From: Selaginella moellendorffii
Lineage: Eukaryota > Plantae > Lycopodiophyta
DNA: 64,000 nt
Reading direction: 5' to 3'
Assembly: GCF_000143415.4 (NCBI RefSeq)
Contig: NW_003314371.1
Span: 327,380-391,379 of the forward strand
Shown piece after piece: positions 23,701 through 35,000 of the stretch. How positions within the stretch are numbered: position 1 is the first letter of the stretch; each line of letters starts with the position of its first letter. A model generated the notes under the pieces. It was not told where the DNA came from. It saw only the letters and a program-made list of their open reading frames with translations, and searched no databases. The translations under genes and the position numbers were made by a program.

Positions 23701-26700
23701 CATTGACGATGCACGACGCGGGGACGCTGGCATCGACCCTGATGAATCATCTGGAAGACGTGTATCTTGCCTACGATGGCACGGTTCGTCACCGACAGAA
23801 TGAGCAAGTCGTTCAACTGGACTATGGCAATGAGTCGGCTCAACCGGGTGAAGCCGTAGGGGCCCTTGCAGCGAGCTTCATTACGGAGCAAGCTTACGAC
23901 ACTGCATACGAGGATTTCAAGGTATAGAATTTTTTTGGACATTCATGTCCAGAGACTGAGCTTTTGGAATTTTATCACCAGAAAACGCTGCAGTCAAGTG
24001 TTAACGAGGACAACGTTACGATTTTAAGACTGGAAAGGTGTGGCATCAACAACTGCCACTGTTTGGAGTGGAGATTGTTGGAGCTCAAGGAACAGCTACA
24101 ACCAGTTCACTTGAAGGAGATCACGAAGGAGGTGAAACTTGAGTATGCACCGACCATCGTGACTTATTGGCTTTGCCATTTCTCTCTGGACCTGGTACTT
24201 TTTACTCTTTCTTTGAGCGTCTCTCGAAGTGCCGGTGTTTGGCAGGAGCGTGTCGAGGAGCTAAATTTGAATCTAGAATCCATTCGGCAGTTGATTCTAG
24301 GCCTCGATTTTTGCTGTGAAACTGTTCTGTCCTGTGGCAATGAAGAAGCGTGCTTGCACGTTGCAGCAGCAGCTGACGGTGATGACATGGAAGACTCCTT
24401 GAACGTCTGGAACTACAAGCTCATACCGAAGCTCTTGGAGGTCTACGTTGCAGGTGATATACCAAATGTTTTGCTACCACGTTACAGATTTTCTGTGTGT
24501 TCAGGCAGCAAAGATGTTCAGTCCGTCACTGTCACTCGTGACTATCGTCAAGAATTAGTTCTACAACTAGCTGCCTCGTTTCAAACACTGGCAGGACTCG
24601 GCCTGGACACTGTAGATTGGCAGCGATCTTCTCCATTCACTGTTCGGGAAGTATACGATACGTTTGGTGTTGAAGCAGCTTGTCAGTTTATCTATGAGGT
24701 GAGCTGATTATAATCTATTTTTCAAATACTTGTCCTTACGCTTAGCAATCATGTAGAGGCTGATGACCATCACGAGCTCGGATGTTAATCCCAGCCATGT
24801 TCGTCTTCTTGCGGATTATGCAACGCATACTGGAAATGTGCTTGGCTATACAAATTCAGGTTTTAAGGAATTTCTCAAGAGTACAGGCTCGTTGGCACCA
24901 TTTCAACGTGTAACCACAATTTATACTTGTTTTTCTTCGTCTCTAACACTTGGCGAACAGGTTGCGGTGAATGAACTTGAAGCCGCCGCACAAAATGGTC
25001 TCTGTGATCGTTTAAAAGGCGTGGTTTCGTCTACGGCTTGGGGAAAGCGTCCACCGATTGGAACATCCACAGACTTCAAACTTGTTTGGAAGGTAGGCAA
25101 GTTCGTCATCAAGCTCGTCATTTGACATTTGTTTCTGAAGATGGATGATCCGAGCTGGGTCAACGTAGACCTTTACAAGTTCCTTGAAGGAAATGTATGC
25201 AAGCAGCCGCTCACACCAGCCATTGCCGAAGGCCGTAAAATGCTAAACAGTGAATGGGAGTCGCAGCCGCAGGGAACAACAGAAACTAATGGCTGGGACG
25301 TGCCATCAACAACTGAGAACCTGGACAGTGGATGGGGATTGTTAACCACGACAGCGGACGTTGACAATGGCTGGGGATCGTCAACCGCGACAGCCGACGT
25401 TGACAATGGCTGGGGGTCTTTGACGACAACTGATATTGGGGGAAGTGACTGGGGATCATTAGCGACTGACACTGTCAAGAATGCGACGTCGACTGTTAAT
25501 GCCGACAATGGCTGGGAGGCACCAAATTCCGGTAACTCTCCTCATTATTGTTCTTCATAAAGTTTGAACAAACGCGCTTGCTTGAACTTAGGTGCGGATC
25601 AAGGCAATGGCTGGGAAACATCACGTTCAGGTAAATGTTTTCTCAATCTTTTAGAAAATTCAAACGAATCTACTTCTTCGAACTTAGGTGTGGATCCAGG
25701 CAATGGCTGGGGAGCATCATGTTCAGGTAAACACCATTCATGGTTATTCATGTTAGAATATTGAACGAATGCATTCGTTTGAACTTCAGATGCGGAAGTT
25801 CAAACTGGCTGGGCGTCAATTCCCACTGATCGTCCGGATGTAGCTGAAGGCGAAGAAGTCTCCTGGAATACGGCCTTCAAGGATGACTCCAAGTTGGAAG
25901 AGCAGAGATCAAAAAGATCATTTGCTCCTCTTGGTTGCAGAAGGATTCCGAATCCCCATCTCTCAGGTTTCGTCTGATGCGTGATTTTGAGTTCAAATTA
26001 TTTTTTCTTGTTTTCAGAGGTATGCAACGATGGCTGGTCGTCGGAACCTGCGAACAAGGATGAGGGAGGTGGTTGGGGACAAAGCTCGGGTACAACTTCC
26101 ATGGTATCAAAGGAATATAGACTGCAACAATGTTTTTGATTGTTTCAGAAGTGATCAATGGAAGTACCTGGGATTCAACCAGTTTTGACGCTCCTGCTCC
26201 TGCTGCTCAAGGTCGTGACAGCAGCGACTGGCTACGAAATGACGACCTGGAGCTGCAAGAAGAAAGACCCAAGCGTAAGTTTGCTCCTACAGGAGCAAAC
26301 ACGATTCCTCTTGGCAAAAGAAGAGTTTTTCCAAAACTTGGCGTTGACAGTGCCAAACAGGACTCAGGTTAGTTTTCTTATTCTTCTACACTTTCGACGG
26401 TTTCTCCAACATTTTTCTCCAGGCACCGATGCCAAAGATGTGGAAAATAACGAGGAAAAGAACGTAGACCACGGCTGGACAAACTCCGGTTAGTTTATTG
26501 CGTATATTGAAATAATATTGATGTTAAATTGACTTGGTTCTCTCGAAGGCTGGAGCCCTGTGAAGAACGACGACCAAGTAACGGTTGCGGCTGACATTCA
26601 AGTTGACGGCTGGGGAGCAGCTCCAAACTCAGGTCAGACTTCTATTCAAGATGACGGCTGGGCAGCTGCTCCAAACTCAGGTCAGCCTGCTCTTCAAGAT

Positions 26701-27510
26701 GACGGCTGGGGAGCAGCTCCAAACTCAGGTCAGCCTTCTACTCAAGATGACGGCTGGGGAGCAGCTCCTAGCTCAAGTCAGTTTTCTACTCAAGATGACG
26801 GCTGGGGAGCAGCTCCTAACTCAGGTCAGCCTTCTATTCGTCTGATTTAGTCTTGTTCTTATGAAGCTGTTTGCGAAGGTGTGACGAGCAACGACGAAGA
26901 AGCCGTGCAAGCTCAGGGCTGGGGATGTAGTGCACCACAAGAAGTCGAAGGTGCTCCAAAGACTAGCGCATTGCACCCCCGGGACCGTCCCCCTCCGGAT
27001 CCCTTTAAAAGAAAGTTCTGGATGGAGGTGGTGGAGGTCGTGAATCAAGCCAGAATTGTGCTGAGAAGGTAAGGAAAAACGCTCAATTCATCCATGGTGT
27101 TCTTATCTGCTCGAGCGTTCTCTCCAGTTACCGAAACGGCGATCGACTTTCCGAGGAGCACGAGACGGCCATCATGGAGAAAATTCTCGTCCATCACCCC
27201 TCCTACGACCAGAAAGCTGGAGCTGGTATCGATTTCTTGAAGGTAGAGTGACTCTCTCTCTGGATTGTGTCTGAACTTTAGACGCTATGTCTCCTCTCAG
27301 GTCGATCGCCCAGCGAATTTCTCCGACTCGAGCTGCTTCTTCGTCGTCCGGAAAGACGGCAGCGAGGACGACTTCTCGTACCACAAGTGCCTGCGATCGC
27401 TGGTCGAGAAGAGCTTCCCAGAGAACTATCTCGCCAAGTATGACGCATCGTGCCTTCCCAAGGACTGGATCAAGAAAGTGGACGATTCAAGTGGAGACAA
27501 TGCAAGTTAA
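20711..27510 (+). CDS. NRPE1: RNA polymerase V largest subunit-like (WG/GW CTD plus DeCL domain), many exons
   Basis: EIRFGLLS, CLSCG...CPGHFG, metal-A site DFDGD (22848-22862), MKAGSKG, YDGTVR joined almost directly to PGEAVG (Pol IV/V foot deletion), and WGKRPPIGT. Followed by a GW-rich CTD and a C-terminal DeCL/DUF3223 (HHPSY...SCFFVVRKDGSEDDFSYHKC). Confidence 0.9.
21371..21507 (+). repeat. 72-bp coding tandem duplication (KQQEQTAAEKGKAIVKHSSCPA x2) in NRPE1
   Basis: Units start at 21371 and 21443. Confidence 0.9.
26605..26838 (+). repeat. Five 48-bp tandem units encoding DGWGAAPNSGQxxxQD (AGO-hook repeats)
   Basis: Units start at 26605, 26653, 26701, 26749 and 26797. Confidence 0.95.
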
Positions 27511-27558
27511 GTTCTGAGACAATGCAAGTAAGTTTCGAGACAATGCAAGTTAAGTTCT
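27494..27558 (+). repeat. Triple ~22-bp tandem repeat spanning the NRPE1 stop codon
   Basis: GAGACAATGCAAGT(T)AAGTT at 27494, 27516 and 27537. Confidence 0.9.
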
Positions 27559-27600
27559 ATCTTTGCTATATCACCTCCTAGAGAGAAACGCGAGATCTCT

Positions 27601-28668
27601 TTAGAAGTAGAGGAAGCACAGGATCATGACACCGCCGACGAACAAGAGCAGCCGGGAGAGCAGCGTTTCCTGCTGGTCCGGGCGGAGCGGCGGCGGCAGG
27701 GCCCTCAGCTGGTGGTGGTGGTGGTGGTGGTAGCTGGCCGGCGGCGGCGGCGGCGTGTGCAAGCCTCCATACGGCAGCATGGCCGGCCCGGGTGGCGGCG
27801 CATCGGGGAAGCCATGGAACTGGAGCCGGAAGAGCGATGGAAACAATCCAAATCCCGCGGAGAAAGTCACGTTGCCGAATCGCGCCGACGCTCCCGGCCC
27901 CGCGGCAGCTCCAGCCACGAAACCAATGCCGTATGGATCGTAGAGGCGGCGGGCGTGGTGGTGCCAGGCCGCGAGGCTGGCCTGGTGGTGGGGGTCCGAG
28001 GAGGAGCCCGACCTCTGGCCGGGGGGCCGAGATGGGATCTCCATCTCGGGCACCGAGCTGGTGGCGTGGTCGCGGTGGTCGGAGGAGGACTCCACGCAGC
28101 CTCGGCCATAGAGGGGGATGACTTTGTCCTCGTGGACGGGGGCCTTGCAAACCGGGCACTCCTTGCAGATGGATCGCAGCTGCGTCCACTTGTAGAGGCA
28201 GGGCCAGCAGAAGAGGTGGCCGCAGAGGGTGACGACGGGATCTTGCGCGAGCTCCAGGCAGATGTTGCAGTCGAAGCTCCCGGCGGCTTGGTCGCGATCG
28301 TCGCCCTCGTCGTCCTCGTCGTCTCCATCGTCGCAATCGCGATCGCGGTCGAGGGTGGTGGAAGCTGTTTTGCTGCTGGCTGGAGGAGGAGGAGGAGGAG
28401 GCTTGGTTCTTGATCCACCCGAGGTTCCCGGATGATCGTCGAGGCCTGAGTGATCAGCTCTTACTTGGGCATTGCCTTGTGGATCTTCTTCTTCTTCTTC
28501 CTCGCGATCGTGTTCCACTTCGTCGTCTCGAGCGCGTAGCTCCGCCTGGGACTCACCTGGCTTTGGGCGATCGCGAAGCTCTCCCGATCGATTGGAGGAA
28601 GAACTGGAATTGGACACCGCAGTGCTGCTGCCGCTCGCGTCCTCTGCTCCGGCGGGACTGTTCGTCAT
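27601..28668 (-). CDS. RNF5/RMA-like C3HC4 RING E3 ligase with C-terminal membrane anchor, intronless
   Basis: FDCNICLELAQDPVVTLCGHLFCWPCLYKW...CPVCKA...VIPLYGRG, IPSRP and a hydrophobic C-terminus. Confidence 0.95.
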   Translation of the reverse strand: MTNSPAGAEDASGSSTAVSNSSSSSNRSGELRDRPKPGESQAELRARDDEVEHDREEEEEEDPQGNAQVRADHSGLDDHPGTSGGSRTKPPPPPPPASSKTASTTLDRDRDCDDGDDEDDEGDDRDQAAGSFDCNICLELAQDPVVTLCGHLFCWPCLYKWTQLRSICKECPVCKAPVHEDKVIPLYGRGCVESSSDHRDHATSSVPEMEIPSRPPGQRSGSSSDPHHQASLAAWHHHARRLYDPYGIGFVAGAAAGPGASARFGNVTFSAGFGLFPSLFRLQFHGFPDAPPPGPAMLPYGGLHTPPPPPASYHHHHHHQLRALPPPLRPDQQETLLSRLLLFVGGVMILCFLYF

Positions 28669-29019
28669 CGTCGCCCGCCGCCGCTACCATCGCTAGAGCT
28701 TCTCGTCCTCTTCCATCGCCACGGCATTCTATCCTTCTTTTTTCTTCTTCCTCGTAGATTTTTTTTTTCTTTGCCCCTTCAGCACAAACAGACGCATTTG
28801 ACTGGCACGTCAGCGCTTGACTTCGCGGCGGTTGACCGTGCAATACCGTTTATTTTGTCCAAATTACAGGCATTTCGAATATGCCCCTGGAGAGAGAGAA
28901 GGTAGCAATTAGGGTTCATGGTTCTCGCCCAGTGGCTCGCGATGGTGCTAGGTCGCGGGCCAGCGCCAAAGCGCCGATCGACCAGGTGATTCTGTGAAAG
29001 GTCGCGGCTTGGCAGGGCG

Positions 29020-32000
29020 ATGGCGTCGGCGGGCTTCGTCCTGGGCTGGAAGGGGGACGAGGACGAGGAGGTGGATATTGGCGGGTCGGATGAGGAAGCG
29101 CCAGGGATCGAGAGCGCAGGCGCTATTATTCCAGCAGGGGTCGAGAGCGCAGCCGCGAGGAGGATTCAAGCCGAAGATTTTGAAGCTGAGAGGAACAAGA
29201 GCGCGCCGAGTCCGTCGATATTTCGGGGAAATGAAAGGGAGCTCCCGCTTCCTCCTGGCGGTAAGCAGCGTCTCGAGAATCGTGCTCTTAATGGCGCTCC
29301 AAAGCTTGGAATGGAAGCTCAGGATAATCGAGGCTGCAAGAAGGAAGCTGGCGCTGCGAGGCGGGCAGAGAATGCTAATGGCACGGCTGCTTCGATCAAA
29401 GGCAAGGAGCCAGTGGTGGAAGAGGAAGACGAAACCATGGCATTTAAAAAGAGAAAGGTCGAATCTAGCAGCCTCCGGGATCTCAAACGCCGAAAAGACG
29501 GAGACTGGAGATCCAGCCAGTGGGTAGCTTGCGTGCTCTGCAAAAAGTGGCGAAGGTATGGCCAGAGTTTTAATTTCTTTTTCCATCTCCCTCGGCTGTA
29601 CCAAACTTCTTGTCGGCAGGATTCCATTCGAGCTGACTGTGGAGAGGAGTACGTGGCACTGCAAGGAAAACGTCTGGAATTCCTCCATTGCAAGTTGCGA
29701 ATGTCCACAGGTAGTTTGTTGTGCCTAAGATGTGATTAAATTCTATGATGTGCAGGAAGAGGCGAGCACCTTTGACAGCATGCCTACGATGCGGGTAGAT
29801 TTCCCAAACACATTATGCATATCGGATGGCGTTTTACGGAGAACCTCCACGCCTCTGGACAAGTCTGCTGCTCCTGTACCAGATGATATGACCGTCGCAA
29901 GCGAGACGATCATCGGGAGCGCTACTGATGCCACTGATAGGGCCGTCTCTCCTGCTGAAAACGGTGCCGCCGCTTTGGACGTTTCAAAGTCTGCTCTCAA
30001 GACGCTTATCCCTGAAGAAGGTGAAGCTGTAGCGAACCAAGATGTGAGCCCCTGTCAAGTCTGTGGTTTGGGCGGTCAAACCATGTAAGCTTGATAATTG
30101 ATTTCTATTCTCGCCTCTAACTTTCAGTTCTTGCAGCTCCTGCTCTCTAACAGGATGCGCGAGTAGATATCACTTTCACTGCTTGGTTCCTCCACTGACT
30201 TCTCGTCCTAGTGGAGGGTGGTATTGCAAGAATCACAAAGTTGAATCAATATGGCTCTCGAGTGCTGAATGCGGGAATGGTGGTCAGATGTATTACGTGA
30301 AGTGGAGAGGTCGTGCTCACCTTTATGATAGCGTGCTCAGTGAAGCCGTAGTAGCGAAGCTGGCATCGAAGAAGCTGACTCATCTAAAGAGGAATGGAAA
30401 GGTATTTGCTTGTTTTTTGGATGCTTCTAAAGTCTGACATGCAGCATTGCAGTTGCTAGAGTGGCAGCCGAGCTGGACAGTGCCAGAACGAGTCATAGGA
30501 ATGCGACAAAATGATTCGCAGGAGATAGAATGGCTTGTGAAATGGACTCAACTCGGTTACGAACAATCCACATGGGAGTCTGCCTCTGCAAGATTTTTAT
30601 TGGAGGAAAAAGGGCGGCTTTTGATCGATGTGTATGAGAAGTGGTGTGAAGTAGCGCGGCTGCGGGCTCGAGCTCCTCAGGCCGACAAGGTAACAATGTT
30701 TGCGTTCATACGAATGATAACATTTTCTCTTACAGGTTTCTGAAAAATGTGCGCGGCTTATAAAGCAACCTTCTTGGCTACAAAGTGTTTCTTTGCAAGA
30801 CCATCAGCTGGAAATGCTAAACAATCTTCGCGATTGCTGGTGTAAGCAGAAGGGAGGCATTGTCTTAAGTAATCCAATCCAGGTACATGGGCTATTTGTG
30901 TCCCGGCGTGATTAACTCGTTTTGCAGGAAGAACCAGTTCCGGTTGTAGCCTTCTCAATCTCTTTGTGTCGGGAATTCAGAACAAAGGAGCCCATACTGG
31001 TGGTGACTTCTCCAGAGATGCTGCCGTTTTGGGAGAAGAAGCTTAAAGAGTGGACACTTGATCTCAACGTAGTTATGTACTGTGGCACTCCTAATAGTAG
31101 GTACTTCATTCGACAGCATGAGTTCTCTCTGATCGAAGGCTGCGTCAAGCTACACATCGTGGTAACCACGTTGGATGTTGTGGGCTCGGTAAGCTTCCCC
31201 TTTTTATTTTTTAATAACCATTTTCATAATCAATGCAGGATGTGGATGTGGACTTTCTTAAAGGGTTTAAGTGGTCCTGTCTATTAATTCATGACTCTCG
31301 TCGAGCTCGGAGAAGTATATACGAAAATTTGGCGAAGGTGTCTTCCAGTTTTTGTTTGCTTTTCTGTCCAGAGCCTTGGAAGGTAGTGTTTGCGTTGTCT
31401 CATTGTGTATACTCATTATTTCTTATCGTTCTCTCAGTGGGATTCCGAAGAGCGTCAACTTATTGCGGAAGTTCTTGGAAAAGATAAAAGCGTTGACTGG
31501 AAGGAGCTTGTGGCCTGCCAGTACAATGCTGAACCTGTGAATGATCTAAGGGAATATTGGGTTCCGGCGCAAATGTCCCCTGTGCAGGTTCATCAGTATT
31601 GTTTGCTCATTGTAAAACACTTTGAGCTTCTGCGGTCAGGCAATATGTCTCAGGGGGATAATATTCTTCACGAACTTGTTTCTGTGCTTCGAGATGTAAG
31701 TTTTTTTATGTAGTTATCTTCTGATAATATTCTCCTGTTTCTAGAGCAGTGTTGTAGTCATCCTTATTTGGTCTCGGAAACTTTGGCAAAATCTGTCGGG
31801 GAGCTCGTTCCTCAGGAGGAGTGGCTTAATGCGGGGATAAGAGCGAGTGGCAAATTGGAGCTTATGCACAAGATGCTCTCGCACTTTTATCTGAACAAAA
31901 AGAAAACCCTTATCATTGTCCAGGTATCAAAAGTTCATCTGCTTGAGTATTGTTTCATAATTTATATATTTTCTTTTTCAGAACACACGTTCCAAACAGC

Positions 32001-35000
32001 TCATGAACATTATTGATGATTATCTAAAGCAACAATTTGGCTCATATGGACGCATTGAGCGAGGAATGGATGCACAGGTTCGTCAGGCATCTCTCACAAG
32101 GTTCAACTCGCAGGACTCTAGCTGTTTTGCACTTCTTCTCGAGCGCGGTGCTGCTACATCTATTCCAAATCAGCTCACGGCCGTCGACGCGGTTTTTATC
32201 TACGACAGCGACTGGAACCCATGGAGTGACACAACGTGCATCCGAAAGCTTGGTCTCAACAACGTGACCGTGTATAGACTGTACAGCGGCCTCACTGTGG
32301 AGGAAAAGATTCTTGATGGAGCACGGGAGGATGTGGTGTCAAACGAACGCCAACTTAAGAATTTGAGCTTGAAAGCAATGCAAGAGATGCTTCGTTGGGG
32401 TGCGGCGGCTCTACTACAGATGGACGACTGGTGTACACAAAATGATGCAGTCACGGATCCAAGGATAGGATGGAATGGTGGAACGGTCCCAAACGAGATT
32501 GGCAAACAACTGTTTTCTCTAGATGACGATGAAGTGAAGGCTGTTTCTCTTGGCAACCACGGAACACGTCTCAGCGACAAAGCTCGAGCGATTTTGTCAC
32601 ACAGAGATGCGTCGTCCAAAGGAGTTCCTCTTTATGGTGTATCGTCCAAGGCTTGTGAAGACGGAAATTCGACGGCGGCGGATGAGTTCTGGTCCCCGCT
32701 TCTCAAGGGTAAACGCGAAAAGTCGCTCCAGTTACAGGGACAAAGAACGCGAAAGCCAGTTGAATATCGAGATTTTGAAGACATATCAAAGAGAAAGAAA
32801 AGGAAACTTACGTCACCAAGTTACCTAGCGGCCCACGGCGGTAAGATAAGTGTTTTGATGCTTGGGCTAGAATCGTACTCTTTTGTTGTTTATTACAGAG
32901 CTACGGCAAGTGGATGCTTCTGATACAGTCCGTCCAACTCCTGATGCTTCACCCCAGGTAGCAGCACCTCCAGTTTCGCAAAGTTCTGGAGGTCGTGTAA
33001 CAACTTCGAGCAGCCAACGAGAGGAGCAGCTTGAGCGTCTCAGCAGTTTGCAGGGAGAGCTGAAGTCCCTGGGCGAGTTCATAGAGTTACCAGTAAGCAG
33101 TGCTTGGGCTTTAACTGTTTGCAGTTGTCTCACTCGACTTTCTTTCGTAGGAGAATGTACTAAAGCGCGCGTTGGAATTGCTCACTTTCGTGGTAAAGAA
33201 CCTGCGGATGAATAATAATTTCCGTCACGAGGTGCAGTTGTCCTTGGTATGTTCTATATCTAATATTCGTGTTTTTAGCTTCTGAAAGACTTATGCCTTC
33301 TTCTTGGCAGTGCTGGATTGCAGCAGAACAGATGGGCGTTGACTTCGACAAAGTGGTGGCGACTTTAGCGGCAACGAGCGAGGGGTTTGATGTGGACGAC
33401 CAGTCGCTGGAGGCTGTTCACAACAAGCTCAAGATAGCTTTGGGAGCCTTTCCTGCGTCTCGTTCACAAAACGGACAGTCTCCAACGGTAGCTGCCACGG
33501 AAAAAACCCAGCCAGCGGCTGTGTCACCACGGGCTTGTTTAGATTCTCCTCCCGGGGGATGTCGTGTATCGGTAGAAAAAAGGGACCTGTTGGAAGAAAA
33601 AAAGCAGGAACTGAAGACGAGGAGGAAAGCCCAGACTCAAAAGCTCCTGAACTCTCAAAAGCGAGTGTGGTGCGAGCTTATGGAGAACGAAACCAAGCAA
33701 AAGGTCCACCTTGAGAAGGTTTACGAAGCTGAATGCAGAACTATTCAAGCGTTGGGGACGGCTGAGAGTAGCCGGCTGCTAGCAGAGAAAGCCGAGGAAC
33801 ACAAGTTACGGGTGAAAGAACTTCAGACGCGGCTAGATAAGGAGAGAAGGGAATTGGGAGAGAGACAAACGTTCACGAGGAACAGGATGGGCGCGTTCTT
33901 TGCTGATCGGCTAAAGCAGCTGGACAACGGTGTTATGCCAATTGATATCACTCCGGCAACCGACAATACCGCTGAATTGCGGGAATATCAACCTGAAAGT
34001 TCCGCCAACCTTAGCCACCAGGAACAGCAACTTCCGCGAGAAAGCGATGATCTCGGGCGTGGAAATTCTCGTGGTGTCCGTCAACAGCAATCTCCATGTG
34101 AGCAGCAAGCAGATCCTCCCATGATCCAGAGTGAAGACACTCCTGCTCGACCGCGAGTTTCTTCCGTTTCTATGACCACTGCGGAAGCCTCGCATCCTGT
34201 GCTTCCTGAAGCCCCCGTTCCAGCTCCTGAAATTGGTTCTAGCACAAGAGAAGAAGTCTCCGTTCCTGCTATCAGAAGTAAAGTAACTCAAGTTCATGCG
34301 AGCAGAAACGAAGTTCCAGTTCCGAACGTTCCTGCGAGCAGAAGACAAGAAGTTCAACCTCCAAGCATTCCAGCGAGCAGGACAACTTCCATTGCTGCGA
34401 GCCGAAGAGAGGAAGTTCCGCTTACACGGGACGTTGCTATTGCTGCGAGCGGAAGAGAAGAAGTTCCACTTACACGGGATGTTTCTATTGCTGCGAGCGG
34501 AAGAGCAGAAGCTCCGGCTGTTCCGGCTCCTGCGAGCAGAAGGGAAGAAGTCCCTCTTCCTGCGAGAACAGTAGAGGAAGTTCCACTTGCAAGTGACGTC
34601 GTCCGACCGCCAGCCAGCAGAAGCCAAGTCCCACCCGAGATCCCAGCGAGCAGAAGCCAGCAAGGACCAGCGACCGGGAGCCGAGCCGCAGTTGTTATTG
34701 CGTTACCAGCGAGCAGAGGCCAGGAAGAATTTCCACGTACTACTAGTGGTCGGGCCAACGAAATCTTTGCAGGGAACAGAAGTCAAGTTGTCGTTGCGCT
34801 TCCTGCAACGGGTCAGATTCATGCTGAAGCTCCTCTTCCCCTTGGCCAGAGTCCGCGGGTTCCACAGCAGCCGGTTTCCAACTTTGTGCCGCCAGCGCGC
34901 CTGTCTTCGCACTACGATCCACTGTCGCTGGAGGAGACGAGGCTGCAGAAAGAGATGGAGAAGATCAAGAAGGCGCGCGACGACGAGGTTGGGTTCATCA

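Noticed and set aside
26605-26838. Regular repeat array resembling CRISPR
   Set aside because: No unique spacers, eukaryotic context, and the repeats are in-frame coding GW units.
27712-28757. Long overlapping antisense ORFs over the RING gene (similar ones over NFRKB, PPR and PYL)
   Set aside because: Expected by-product of high GC3 codon usage; low-complexity translations.
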